A DNA stretch of 64,000 nt from Alphaproteobacteria bacterium UBA2903 (GTDB taxonomy: Bacteria; Pseudomonadota; Alphaproteobacteria; CAAGCB01; CAG-977), in NCBI GenBank assembly GCA_002349565.1, contig DEDN01000035.1, forward strand, positions 4,980 to 68,979, written 5' to 3'. This document shows, piece after piece, positions 9,914 through 19,583 of this stretch; within the stretch, counting starts at the first letter, position 1; each line of letters opens with the position of its first letter. A program made the translations under genes and the position numbers. A model generated the notes under the pieces. It was not told the DNA's origin and searched no databases. It was given only the letters and a program-made list of their open reading frames with translations.

Positions 9914-12793
9914 TTGTTGCTGCCGTTTGCGGGCATTTCGGGCATTACCAACATGATTTCGTCGGGGACGGCGGGACGCGCTACCGTAACGATGCAGTTC
10001 GACTTGAACCGAAATGCCGATGTCGCCGCGCAAGAGGTGCAGTTCGCCATCAACAATGTTTCGGGGCAGCTGCCCAAAGATATGCCGTCCCTACCCAAAT
10101 GGCAGAAGGTCAATCCCGCCGATATGCCGATTTTGGTATTGATTTTGAAATCCGACGTTCTGCCGCTGACGGTTTTGAGCGATCTGGCGGAAAACGTTAT
10201 CACCAAACAGCTGAGCCAAATTCCGGGCATTGCGGATTTTCCGCTTATCGGACAGCAGCGTCCCGCCATTGCCGTCAAAGTTGATCCCGAACGGCTGACG
10301 GCGGTCGATCTGACGTTGGAAGATGTCCGCGCCGCTTTGCAAAAAGCCAGCGTGAACCTAGCCAAAGGGACGGTGTACGGCGCGCAGTCGACAACGGTTT
10401 TACAGATAAACGATCAGCTGTTTTCGCCCGAAGAATACGCCGATTTGATTATTGCCGTAAAAAACGGGGCGCCTGTTTATCTGAAAGACATCGCGGAAGT
10501 GACGGCGGGAACGGAAAACGAATATGTCCGTTCCTTTCCCGAAGGCAGGGCGGGCATCAGCATCGAAATCAACCGTCAGTCCGGCGCCAATATCGTCGAA
10601 ATTGCCGATTCGGTTCGCGCGCGTCTGCCCGAATTGAACAAAATGCTGCCGCAAACGGCGGAATTGTCCGTTATGAACGACCGTGCGCGCACAATCCGCA
10701 GTTCTTTGCACGAAGTCAAAATCACCTTTGTCATTACGCTGATTTTGGTTTTGGCGGTCATGGCTTTGTTTTTAAAGAATGTTTCTTCGACGCTGATTGT
10801 AGCCGCAACGCTGGTCGTTTCGATGATTTCCGCTGCGGGGGCGATGTATTTGCTGGGATTCAGCATCAACAACCTGACTTTGCTGGCTTTGGTCATAGCC
10901 ATCGGGTTCGTGGTCGACGACGCGATTGTGGTCATCGAAAACATTTACAGCCATATCGAACGGGGCGAGCCTCCTTTAACGGCGGCAAAGGAAGCGACCG
11001 AAGAAATTTCGTTTACGCTGGTATCCATCACTTGTTCTTTGATCACCGCGTTCATTCCTTTGTTTTTCATGCCGGGGATTGTGGGCAAGCTGTTTTATGA
11101 GTTTGCCGCAACGATGACCGCCGCGATCGTTATGTCTGCGTGGTTTGCTTTGACCCTTGCCCCTATGTTGGCGGCGCGCTTCGTCAATGTGGAAAAGAAG
11201 CGAAACAAGCCCGATAAGCTGCTGGACGGCTACAAAAAAGCTTTACGGATTTGTCTGCTTCATCCGCGCGCAACGTTGAGCGTTTTCGCCGCAAGCCTCG
11301 GCATTGCCGTTGTCGGCTTCGTTTTTATTCCCAAAGGCTTTTTTCCCTTGCAGGATATCGCTTTTATCAGCGGCAGCACCAAAGCGGCGGAAGACGTGTC
11401 GTTTTCGGAAATGGTCGAAAAACACAAACGGCTGGCGGAAATCGTCGCCGCCGAACCCGCTGTTTTGACTTATACGCATGCCGTCGAGGACAAAGCGTCG
11501 GGTTCGCTTTCCAACGGGAAATTCTGGCTGGTGCTGAAAGACCGCAAGGACAGAGCTTTGTCCGCCGCCGAACTGATCGACAAACTGCGTCCCGAGTTCA
11601 ACGCGGTGGCGGGGATAAAAATGTCGCTGCGCGCCGTGCAGGATATCAATCTGGGGATTACGCAAAGCAGCGCGCAATACCTTTACACGTTGAAATCGTC
11701 AGGCGCGGACGAGCTTTACGGGGCGGCGGAAAGCCTAACCGCCGCGATGGCGCGGAATCCTTTGTTCAAAGACGTTCAAAGCGATCTGCAGCTGGGGACC
11801 AGAGTCAAAAAAATGACGCTTGACCGCAAAGCCGCCGCGCGGTACGGGATTACGGCGAACGATGTCGATCAAACGCTGTTTGACGCGTTCGGACAGCGCA
11901 AAGCCGGCGAATATCAAACGGCGGTCAATCAATACAAAGTAATTTTAAAGCTGAACGACGATTTCGCGGGCAAAACAGGCAGTCTTGACGCGTTGTATTT
12001 GCGTTCGCCGATAACTGGGACTTTGGTGCCGTTAAACGCCGTCGTCAAAAACGGGCGGGAAACGTCGGGTCCTGCCGCCGTCAACCGCGACAACCGCTTG
12101 CCCGCCGTCAACATCTCGTTCAATCTGGCAAACGGCGTATCGCTGGGACAGGCTTTGACCGAAATCGAGCGGCTGAAAACGGAGCTGAACATTCCCGATA
12201 CCGTTCTTGGCGCGCCGCAGGGGGCGGCGAACGAATTTGCCAGAACGCTGCAAAACGAAATCGCGCTCATCGCTTTGTCGCTGGCGGCGATTTACATCAT
12301 TCTGGGCATTTTGTACGAAAGCTTTTTAACACCTGTGATCATCATTTCGACGCTGCCGTCAGCAATCATCGGCGCGCTGCTGTTTTTGTCGCTGTGGAAA
12401 ATGGATTTTTCCGTTATCGCGATTATCGGGTGCGTTATGCTGTTCGGATTGGTTTTGAAAAACGGAATTTTGATGGTCGAAACCGCGCAGCAGCTTGAAA
12501 AGGAAGAAAAGGCGACGGCTTTTGACGCGATATTCACCGCCGCCGCCGCGCGGTTCCGTCCCATTTTGATGACTTCTGTCGCCGCGATTTTTTCGGGCGT
12601 TCCGTTAATCGTCGGAACGGGAACGGGGGCGGAGTTCCGTCAGCCGTTGGGTGTAACGCTGGTCGGCGGACTGTGCGTCAGTCAGCTGCTGACGGTTTTT
12701 ACAACGCCCGCGGTGTATCTGTTCGCCGCCGCTTTGAAGCAAAAGCGGTCGGCGGCGTTTCGCTTTTTCGCAAAAAGTTTGAAAAAAGCGTAA
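9914..12793 (+). CDS. RND efflux permease (MdtB/MdtC-like) lacking the N-terminal ~60 residues including TM1; possibly a pseudogene
   Basis: 959-aa ORF with RND hallmarks (...GFVVDDAIVVIENI..., ...RFRPILMTSVAAIFSGVPL...FRQPLGVTLVGGL..SQLLTVFTTPAVY). The ORF opens just after an in-frame TGA at 9902, and only a TTG start is available. An RBS plus ATG at 9889 is in a different frame. No membrane-fusion or outer-membrane partner gene is adjacent. Confidence 0.75.
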   Translation: MLLPFAGISGITNMISSGTAGRATVTMQFDLNRNADVAAQEVQFAINNVSGQLPKDMPSLPKWQKVNPADMPILVLILKSDVLPLTVLSDLAENVITKQLSQIPGIADFPLIGQQRPAIAVKVDPERLTAVDLTLEDVRAALQKASVNLAKGTVYGAQSTTVLQINDQLFSPEEYADLIIAVKNGAPVYLKDIAEVTAGTENEYVRSFPEGRAGISIEINRQSGANIVEIADSVRARLPELNKMLPQTAELSVMNDRARTIRSSLHEVKITFVITLILVLAVMALFLKNVSSTLIVAATLVVSMISAAGAMYLLGFSINNLTLLALVIAIGFVVDDAIVVIENIYSHIERGEPPLTAAKEATEEISFTLVSITCSLITAFIPLFFMPGIVGKLFYEFAATMTAAIVMSAWFALTLAPMLAARFVNVEKKRNKPDKLLDGYKKALRICLLHPRATLSVFAASLGIAVVGFVFIPKGFFPLQDIAFISGSTKAAEDVSFSEMVEKHKRLAEIVAAEPAVLTYTHAVEDKASGSLSNGKFWLVLKDRKDRALSAAELIDKLRPEFNAVAGIKMSLRAVQDINLGITQSSAQYLYTLKSSGADELYGAAESLTAAMARNPLFKDVQSDLQLGTRVKKMTLDRKAAARYGITANDVDQTLFDAFGQRKAGEYQTAVNQYKVILKLNDDFAGKTGSLDALYLRSPITGTLVPLNAVVKNGRETSGPAAVNRDNRLPAVNISFNLANGVSLGQALTEIERLKTELNIPDTVLGAPQGAANEFARTLQNEIALIALSLAAIYIILGILYESFLTPVIIISTLPSAIIGALLFLSLWKMDFSVIAIIGCVMLFGLVLKNGILMVETAQQLEKEEKATAFDAIFTAAAARFRPILMTSVAAIFSGVPLIVGTGTGAEFRQPLGVTLVGGLCVSQLLTVFTTPAVYLFAAALKQKRSAAFRFFAKSLKKA

Positions 12794-12811
12794 AAAATCA
12801 GCCTCAACGTA

Positions 12812-12838
12812 TTGACTTTACGGGCGGTTGAGTATACT
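12812..12838 (+). promoter_or_regulatory. Candidate sigma70-type promoter for rpsM-rpsK-rpoA-rplQ
   Basis: TTGACT (12812-12817), 15-nt spacer, TATACT (12833-12838), ~105 nt upstream of rpsM. The spacer is shorter than optimal. Confidence 0.35.
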
Positions 12839-12942
12839 TTGAACCCCTCGACAAGGGCATCGCAGTAAAATGCCCTGTCGGGTATTATGCCCGATTCTTT
12901 TCGGATGACGGCAGGTTTTGATTTGTAAATAGGAGATTAAAC

Positions 12943-13317
12943 TTGGCACGTATTGCTGGTGTAAATATTCCGACAAACAAGCGCGTGGAAATCGCTTTGA
13001 CGTATATCCACGGCATCGGTCGGACTCTGTCCCGCGAAATCTGCGGGAAATTGAACATCGACGAAGCCCGTCGCGTAAGCGAACTGACCGACGACGATGT
13101 TTTGAAACTGCGTGAATTGATCGACCACGAATACCACGTCGAAGGCGAACTGCGCCGCGAAGTGGGCGTGAACATCAAACGCTTGATGGACTTGGGCTGC
13201 TACCGCGGTCTGCGTCATCGTAAAGGTCTGCCCGTTCGCGGTCAAAGAACGCATACGAACGCTCGTACGCGCAAAGGTCCCGCGAAACCCATCGCAGGCA
13301 AGAAAAAAGCTGTTTAA
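12943..13317 (+). CDS. rpsM: 30S ribosomal protein S13
   Basis: TTG start after an AGGAG RBS. 124-aa [26 protein letters not shown]; canonical S13. Confidence 0.96.
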   Translation: MARIAGVNIPTNKRVEIALTYIHGIGRTLSREICGKLNIDEARRVSELTDDDVLKLRELIDHEYHVEGELRREVGVNIKRLMDLGCYRGLRHRKGLPVRGQRTHTNARTRKGPAKPIAGKKKAV

Positions 13318-13335
13318 TTGAAAGGCGATTGATTC

Positions 13336-13731
13336 ATGGCTAAAGCTGCTACAACTGTTCGCACGAAAAAGCGCGAACGCAAAAATATCACTTCCGGTAT
13401 TGCGCACGTCAATTCGACGTTCAATAACTCGAAAGTGACGATCACCGATGCTCAGGGAAACACGATTTCGTGGTCTTCCGCAGGGGCTCACGGTTTCAAG
13501 GGTTCGCGTAAATCGACCCCGTACGCCGCGCAGGTCACCGCCGAAGACGCCGGCAAAAAAGCCGCCGAACACGGTATGAAAACTTTGGAAGTATGGGTCA
13601 AAGGTCCCGGCGCGGGTCGTGAATCCGCTCTGCGTGCTTTGCAAGCCGTCGGCTTCGTCATCACGGCGATTCGTGATGTGACCGCGGTTCCCCACAACGG
13701 TTGCCGTCCCCGCAAACGCCGTCGCGTTTAA
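13336..13731 (+). CDS. rpsK: 30S ribosomal protein S11
   Basis: 131-aa ORF ...[21 protein letters not shown]...[13 protein letters not shown]. Confidence 0.97.
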   Translation: MAKAATTVRTKKRERKNITSGIAHVNSTFNNSKVTITDAQGNTISWSSAGAHGFKGSRKSTPYAAQVTAEDAGKKAAEHGMKTLEVWVKGPGAGRESALRALQAVGFVITAIRDVTAVPHNGCRPRKRRRV

Positions 13732-13823
13732 GGAATGGACGCGAGTCGTTTACGGCTCGAATCGTTCAGGAGTGTGTTTTCCGTTCGGAAAATACTTTAA
13801 ATTACAAAGCAGGAGAGATACCC

Positions 13824-14840
13824 GTGATTCAGAAAAACTGGCAAGACTTGATTAAGCCGAGCAATATCGAAGTCGAACACGCCGAAGGTTCCGCGCACAA
13901 AGCGACAATCGTCGTTGAACCGTTGGAACGCGGTTTCGGGATGACTTTGGGTAACGCTTTGCGCCGCGTCTTGTTGTCTTCACTGCAGGGAGCTGCGGTG
14001 ACCGCGATTCATATCGACGGCGTTTTGCATGAATTTTCTTCGATTGAAGGCGTTCGTGAAGACGTTTCCGATATTATTTTGAACATTAAAACGCTGGCTC
14101 TGCGCTATGACGGCGAAGGCACCCGCCGCATGACTTTGAAAGCGGAAGGTCCGTGCGAAGTCACCGCCGCGATGATTGAAACGGGACATGATGTCGAAAT
14201 CATGAACCCCGAACTGGTCATCTGCACGCTGGACAAAGGCGCGAAGTTGAACATGGAGCTGACGGTCGGTACGGGCAAAGGCTATGTCCCCGCGTCCCAG
14301 AACCGCCCCGAAGACTGCCCCATCGGATTGATTCCCGTGGATTCCATCTTCAGCCCGATCACCAAAGCTGTTTATCAGGTTGACAACGCCCGCGTGGGTC
14401 AGATCACCAACTATGACAAACTGTCTTTGACGGTCGAAACGAACGGTACGGTTTCTCCGGAAGACGCGGTCGCTTTGGCGGCGCGCATCTTGCAGGAACA
14501 GCTGAAACTGTTCGTCAACTTCGAAGAACCGGAAGAAGACGTCGAAGCCGAAAAGAAAGACGAACTGCCGTTCAACCGCAATCTGCTGCGCAAAGTCGAC
14601 GAATTGGAATTGTCGGTGCGTTCCGCGAATTGCCTGAAAAACGACAATATCGTTTACATCGGCGATTTGGTTCAAAAGACGGAAGCCGAAATGCTGCGTA
14701 CGCCGAACTTCGGTCGCAAGTCTTTGAACGAAATCAAAGAAGTTCTTTCTCAGATGGGATTGCATTTGGGTATGGAAGTGGTCGGTTGGCCGCCCGAAAA
14801 TATCGAATCGCTGTCCAAAGGTTTGGAAGAACCGTTTTAA
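13824..14840 (+). CDS. rpoA: DNA-directed RNA polymerase subunit alpha
   Basis: GTG at 13824 preceded by [19 protein letters not shown]..., C-terminal domain ...[23 protein letters not shown]. The upstream part of ORF 13701.. overlaps rpsK and is not RpoA-like. Confidence 0.94.
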   Translation: MIQKNWQDLIKPSNIEVEHAEGSAHKATIVVEPLERGFGMTLGNALRRVLLSSLQGAAVTAIHIDGVLHEFSSIEGVREDVSDIILNIKTLALRYDGEGTRRMTLKAEGPCEVTAAMIETGHDVEIMNPELVICTLDKGAKLNMELTVGTGKGYVPASQNRPEDCPIGLIPVDSIFSPITKAVYQVDNARVGQITNYDKLSLTVETNGTVSPEDAVALAARILQEQLKLFVNFEEPEEDVEAEKKDELPFNRNLLRKVDELELSVRSANCLKNDNIVYIGDLVQKTEAEMLRTPNFGRKSLNEIKEVLSQMGLHLGMEVVGWPPENIESLSKGLEEPF

Positions 14841-14968
14841 CCAATTTCCTGTTCGGTTGAACAGGGCTGTGACATACGCGATAACTTGAGGTTTGCGATG
14901 ATTTCAAGCGAGCGGTGTCAGAGAAGTTTTTATCGGTTTCGTGCGCGAAACCATGATAGGAGGAAATT

Positions 14969-15388
14969 ATGAATCATCGTAATAGTAAGCGTAAGCTGAA
15001 CAAATCGTTCGCACACCGCCGTGCCATGTTTGCCAACATGGCGAATGCGTTAATCAAACATGAACAAATCAAAACCACGTTGCCCAAAGCCAAGGAACTG
15101 CGCCCTGTCTTTGAAAAGCTGATCACGATTGCTAAAGTCGGTGATTTGCACAAACGTCGTCAGTTGATTTCTTTCCTGCGCGATGAAAAAATGGCTGACA
15201 AGATGATTGCCACGCTGGCACCCCGCTACAAAGACCGCAACGGCGGTTACACCCGCGTTTTGAAAGCGGGTCTGCGTTACGGCGACTGCGCTCCGATGGC
15301 GATTATCGAATTGGTCGATCGCGACGTCAAGGCTAAAGGACAGGACTCCGGTGTTGTCGTTGAAGCCGAAGCGGAAGAAGCGAAATAA
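14969..15388 (+). CDS. rplQ: 50S ribosomal protein L17
   Basis: 139-aa [48 protein letters not shown]; canonical L17. Confidence 0.95.
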   Translation: MNHRNSKRKLNKSFAHRRAMFANMANALIKHEQIKTTLPKAKELRPVFEKLITIAKVGDLHKRRQLISFLRDEKMADKMIATLAPRYKDRNGGYTRVLKAGLRYGDCAPMAIIELVDRDVKAKGQDSGVVVEAEAEEAK

Positions 15389-15412
15389 GACGTTGATTTC
15401 TTCAACAAAACG

Positions 15413-15444
15413 AAAAGGCAGGCTTTTTTAGCCTGCCTTTTTGC
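15413..15444 (+). terminator. Rho-independent terminator after rplQ
   Basis: aaaaggcaggc-tttttta-gcctgcctttt stem followed by a T-run. Confidence 0.75.
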
Positions 15445-15671
15445 ATAGGGGCGTTTCCCCCTTGTTTCGTGCGCTTTATTCTGTTATCTTGATACTGCGT
15501 TTGTGAACAAGACGGGCGCAGGGCGTCAGAAACCCTTTTAAACCTAGTCGTACTGCATATCGCGACTTTAAATATTTATACCGATTTCTGCCTTAGGGCG
15601 GATGTCGGCTGAATACGGCTATCTGCCTAATAGGTCGAGCCGTGCGCATTCATACGGTTTCTGAAAATCCG

Positions 15672-15699
15672 CCCACCTTTTTTAGGTGGGTTTTGTTTT
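15672..15699 (+). terminator. Intrinsic-terminator-like hairpin 24 nt upstream of the next start codon (end of an sRNA, or an attenuator)
   Basis: cccacct-tttt(t)-aggtggg followed by ttttgtttt. Confidence 0.55.
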
Positions 15700-15722
15700 G
15701 GAAAACAGGGGGGAAACCGACA

Positions 15723-16361
15723 ATGAAGATATTTTTGCTGGTTATCGGGCTGTTGTGTCCGTTCCAAGCGGCGGCTGAAAGTTTGTACCTTGCTTCGAAC
15801 GTGGCGGCGGATGTTTATGTCGATGGGAAAAAGGCAGGCAAAACGCCGATGCGGCTGGAATACGGCGGCGAAGAAATCACTTTGAAAAAAGACGGATACA
15901 ATACCGCTGTTTTGACAAAGCCGCTTTTAATGAAAGGGCGAAGCGGAGGATGTTGCTACGACGGAGTGGGGGCTTCGTCAAGTGCAGCGTCGGCATATAC
16001 AATTATTGTGGCGGCGACGGTTGAAACGGTGGCAGGGGTTATAGGGTACGTTATCGGCGGCGTGGCGGGGATGGTTGTCGGATTGGCGGTGCCGCCCGCT
16101 TATGCCGGATATTTCGCCGACAATCACAGTTTCATTACATTGTTTCCCGAAAACGCGACACAGCAGGAAACGTTGTACGCGTTAAAACAAATGGAAGTGC
16201 GGCATTTTGTTTTGACCGGCTTTGATCAGCAGTTTCAGCCCGAATACATCAAGGCTTTAAGCATTCAAGCGCAATTGTCCGAAAACACCGTCAAGCGGCT
16301 GCTGCGCGAAAACCCGACCCCCGACGGGGCGGCAAACGCCGTTGCCGCGGCGATGAATTAA
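15723..16361 (+). CDS. Secreted or membrane protein with a PEGA-like domain and a Gly/Ala-rich TM segment
   Basis: Signal peptide MKIFLLVIGLLCPFQAAA. PEGA-like ...ADVYVDGKKAGKTPMRLEYGGEEITLKKDGYNT... Glycine-zipper stretch VAGVIGYVIGGVAGMVVGLAV. Start taken at the internal ATG with a GGGGGGA RBS. Confidence 0.6.
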   Translation: MKIFLLVIGLLCPFQAAAESLYLASNVAADVYVDGKKAGKTPMRLEYGGEEITLKKDGYNTAVLTKPLLMKGRSGGCCYDGVGASSSAASAYTIIVAATVETVAGVIGYVIGGVAGMVVGLAVPPAYAGYFADNHSFITLFPENATQQETLYALKQMEVRHFVLTGFDQQFQPEYIKALSIQAQLSENTVKRLLRENPTPDGAANAVAAAMN

Positions 16362-16373
16362 GGGATTAGCCCT

Positions 16374-16413
16374 AAAAAAGAAACCCCCGCGTTTTACACG
16401 GGGGTTTCTTTTT
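16374..16413. terminator. Bidirectional Rho-independent terminator between convergent genes
   Basis: A-run, then gaaacccccg-cgttttaca-cgggggtttc (10-bp stem), then a T-run. Confidence 0.75.
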
Positions 16414-16423
16414 GTAAAATGTG

Positions 16424-18889
16424 TTACAGAACGGGTTTGACATCCCAAATGTCTTTGGCGTATTCGGCGATGGTGCGGTCGGACGAGAATTTGCCCGAAT
16501 GTGCAACGTTCAAAATCGCTTTTTTGCCCCAAGACGCTTTGTTCAGGAAGTCCTTGCCAACTTGCGCCTGCGTTTCGATGTACGAACCGATGTCCGCTAG
16601 CAGCAGGTAATAATCCGCGCCCATGATATTGTTGAAAATGGGCTGGAAGATTCCCGGTTCGCCGGGGCAGAACATATCCGAATTCAACGCGTCCATAATG
16701 CGGCGGATGCGCGTGTCGGAATTGTACAGTTCCCACGGATTGTGCGAATGTTCGTCGTGAATCTTCTTGACTTCGGGCGTCGTCAAACCGAACAGATAGA
16801 AGTTTTCGGGTCCTACTTCGTCGCGGATTTCGACGTTCGCGCCATCCAGCGTGCCGACCGTCAAAGCGCCGTTGAGCATGAACTTCATGTTGCCCGTACC
16901 CGAAGCTTCGAAGCCCGCGGTCGAAATCTGTTCCGACACGTCGGCGGCGGGGAACACGCGTTCCGCAATCGACACCTTGTAATCGGGGATGAAGACGACC
17001 TTCATCTGGTCCTTGACGCGCGGGTCGTTGTTGATGACTTTGGACAAGTTGTTGAACAGCTTGATTGTCAGTTTCGCAAAGTCGTACGACGGCGCGGCTT
17101 TTCCGCCCAGAATGAACGTGCGGGGCGAAGACAGAGCCAAGCCGTCCTCGGTAATCTGCAAATAGTTGTAGATGATGTTCAGCGCGTTCAGCAGCTGGCG
17201 TTTGTATTCATGAATGCGTTTGACCTGAACGTCGAACAGCGAATCCGTGTCGACGATGTTGCCCGTCGTGTTCAGAATGATTTTCGCCAGTTTTTCCTTG
17301 TTGTCCTTTTTGATGCGGAAGAACGAACGCACAAAATCGGAATCCGTGGCGTACGGCGCGATTTTGACCAGCTGGTCAAGGTGCGTAATCCATTCGCGTC
17401 CGATTTTCGACGAAATCAAGTCCGCCAATTCGGGGTTCGCGCTCAACAGCCAGCGGCGCGGCGTGATGCCGTTCGTTTTGTTGTTGAAGCGTTCGGGCCA
17501 CATTTCATAGAAGTCGGGAGCCAGATTTTTCTTGACCAATTCGGAGTGAATCGCCGCCACGCCGTTAATTGAATGCGAACCGACAATCGCCAAATTGCCC
17601 ATGCGGACTTTTTTGGTGTCGCCTTCTTCGATAATGGACATGCGGGACAGCTTGCCGTTGTCGCCGGGGTATTTCGCCGCGACTTTTTTCATCAAGTGAT
17701 CGTTGATGTCGTAGATAATCGCCAAGTGACGCGGGCAGACTTTTTCCAACAGCTTGACCGACCAGCGTTCCAACGCTTCGGGCAGCAAGGTGTGGTTGGT
17801 GTAGCCCATCGTCTTTTCCGTGATTTCCCAAGCCGTGTCCCAATCCAAGCCGTGAACGTCCATCAGCAGACGCATCAATTCGGGAATTGCCAAAGTGGGA
17901 TGCGTGTCGTTCAGCTGAATCGCCGCTTTTTTCGGGAAATCGCGCAGATCCGTGTTCGTTTCCAGGAAACGGCGCATAATGTCGCTCAAAGCGCAGGAAA
18001 CAAAGAAGTACTGCTGCAGCAGGCGCAGTTCCTTGCCCGCTTCGACCGCGTCGGACGGATACAGCACTTTGGAAATCGTTTCGGATTTGATTTTCTTTTC
18101 GACCGCTTTGATATAGCCGCCGTCGTTAAAGGTTTTGATGTCCAGTTCGCTGGACGAACGCGCCGAAAACAGACGCAGATAGTTCACCGTTTTGCCGCCG
18201 AATCCGACAATCGGCATATCGTAGGGAACGCCGACCAATGTTTCGGTGTCGACCCAATGGGCGCGGTGTTCGCCGTTTACGTCCTCATAGACCAAACGAC
18301 CGTATACGGGAACATGGCAAATGCGGTCGGCGCGTTCGATCTGCCACGGCGACGAACGGTCCATCCACGAATCCGCCATTTCTTTTTGATAGCCGTTTTC
18401 AAAAACCTGTTTGAACAAACCGAACTGGTAGTTCAAGCCGTAGCCGTATCCGGGCAGCCCCAAAGTCGCCATCGAATCGATGAAGCACGCCGCCAAACGA
18501 CCCAAGCCGCCGTTGCCCAGCGCCGGATCGTATTCGCAGTCGATGACGTCGCGCAGGGGAATCGGATTGTCCAGCTTGACCTGATCCAGCAAATCGTGAA
18601 TGCCCAGATTGTCCAGATTGTTCACCAAAGAACGCCCCAGCAGGTATTCAACCGACAGGTAATAAACGCGTTTGGGATTGGCATGGGCGTATCTGTTCGC
18701 CGTTTCATACATGCGGTCGACGGCGATTTCGCGCACCGCCAAAGCCAAAGCCGTGAACAGGTCTTCCTTGGACGCTTCGCGCACCTGTTTGCACAGGGTG
18801 TATTTCATCAGACGTTCGATTTTTTCAGCAATCATTTCCGCCGTGATTTTCGGCAGAGCGGCTGTTTTGTTTTCAGTTTTTTCGGTCAC
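16424..18889 (-). CDS. glgP: Glycogen/maltodextrin phosphorylase
   Basis: 821-aa ORF (GTG start) with family motifs ...YLSVEYLLGRSL..., ...GNGGLGRLAACF..., PLP-site region ...EASGTGNMKFMLNGALTVGTLDGANVEI... Confidence 0.95.
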   Translation of the reverse strand: MTEKTENKTAALPKITAEMIAEKIERLMKYTLCKQVREASKEDLFTALALAVREIAVDRMYETANRYAHANPKRVYYLSVEYLLGRSLVNNLDNLGIHDLLDQVKLDNPIPLRDVIDCEYDPALGNGGLGRLAACFIDSMATLGLPGYGYGLNYQFGLFKQVFENGYQKEMADSWMDRSSPWQIERADRICHVPVYGRLVYEDVNGEHRAHWVDTETLVGVPYDMPIVGFGGKTVNYLRLFSARSSSELDIKTFNDGGYIKAVEKKIKSETISKVLYPSDAVEAGKELRLLQQYFFVSCALSDIMRRFLETNTDLRDFPKKAAIQLNDTHPTLAIPELMRLLMDVHGLDWDTAWEITEKTMGYTNHTLLPEALERWSVKLLEKVCPRHLAIIYDINDHLMKKVAAKYPGDNGKLSRMSIIEEGDTKKVRMGNLAIVGSHSINGVAAIHSELVKKNLAPDFYEMWPERFNNKTNGITPRRWLLSANPELADLISSKIGREWITHLDQLVKIAPYATDSDFVRSFFRIKKDNKEKLAKIILNTTGNIVDTDSLFDVQVKRIHEYKRQLLNALNIIYNYLQITEDGLALSSPRTFILGGKAAPSYDFAKLTIKLFNNLSKVINNDPRVKDQMKVVFIPDYKVSIAERVFPAADVSEQISTAGFEASGTGNMKFMLNGALTVGTLDGANVEIRDEVGPENFYLFGLTTPEVKKIHDEHSHNPWELYNSDTRIRRIMDALNSDMFCPGEPGIFQPIFNNIMGADYYLLLADIGSYIETQAQVGKDFLNKASWGKKAILNVAHSGKFSSDRTIAEYAKDIWDVKPVL

Positions 18890-19193
18890 TTTCTTTCAGT
18901 CCCTTTATTAAATAATGGTGTAGGGTGAATACCATAAAAAAAGCCCCCGCTTCAAGCAAAAACGAAAAATCCGCCGCTTTGGGGCGAAAAAAATAAATTA
19001 TTGCAAAATTTAATAAAAAAAGTTGCTTTTCTGGCTAAAATTGGGTAGTGAATAAGAATGCCTTTGCGTGATTTCGGGGCAAAATGCTCATGCGGGTGAA
19101 AAGCGGGATGTTTTGCTTTGAATTTCGGCGCAAACGGTGTAAAAAAGAATAGTGTGCTTGCACACGAAAGCGGTTTTGACAAAGAGGTTGTCC

Positions 19194-19535
19194 ATGGTCG
19201 AACATCAAACGGGACCGGAACAGGAAGGTTTTTACGACATACTGCAAAACGGTGCGGGGGATTTGCTGATTTCCATTCGCGCCCGCGCAGGCGAACCCGA
19301 TCATCCGCAAATCGTTTATGACGGCGGAAAGCACGCTTTGCTGTACAGACAGCAGGGATTTTCGATTACATTGGACTTTATTCATCCCGACGCCCGCGCC
19401 CCCTTGGCGCATGCCGAATCCGTGCTGATCGTCGAATTCGAAGGCGGCGAACTGATGCGCGAATACGAAGTCCCCGTCAGAGTCGTCAAAAAATTGCCCT
19501 TGTCGCCCGAAAATCTGCCCGCTTTGCCGCAATAA
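19194..19535 (+). CDS. Hypothetical 113-aa protein immediately upstream of nuoA
   Basis: ATG with an AGAGG RBS inside ORF 19152..19535. No recognisable motif and no Cys. It ends 48 nt before the nuoA ATG. Confidence 0.5.
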   Translation: MVEHQTGPEQEGFYDILQNGAGDLLISIRARAGEPDHPQIVYDGGKHALLYRQQGFSITLDFIHPDARAPLAHAESVLIVEFEGGELMREYEVPVRVVKKLPLSPENLPALPQ

Positions 19536-19583
19536 ATCCGATTGCCGTTGAATAAAGCGCGGGTTTGGTGTAAAGCTTTCCCT

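Noticed and set aside
9889-10284. 131-aa ORF starting at an RBS plus ATG upstream of the RND permease
   Set aside because: After the first ~10 codons it runs out of frame through RND coding sequence, giving an Arg/Cys-rich sequence. I interpret only its start as meaningful: the displaced initiation site of the RND gene.
12846-12942. Structured rpsM leader (cgacaagggcat...atgccctgtcg) as an S4-type autoregulatory pseudoknot
   Set aside because: rpsD is not part of this operon, and I cannot demonstrate a pseudoknot. Only a simple hairpin is visible.
17573-18928. 451-aa plus-strand ORF opposite glgP (and 276-aa ORF 16742..17572)
   Set aside because: It lies antisense to a clearly conserved glycogen phosphorylase. 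The composition (R/Q/V/F-rich) looks like mirrored codon bias, and no RBS or motif is present.
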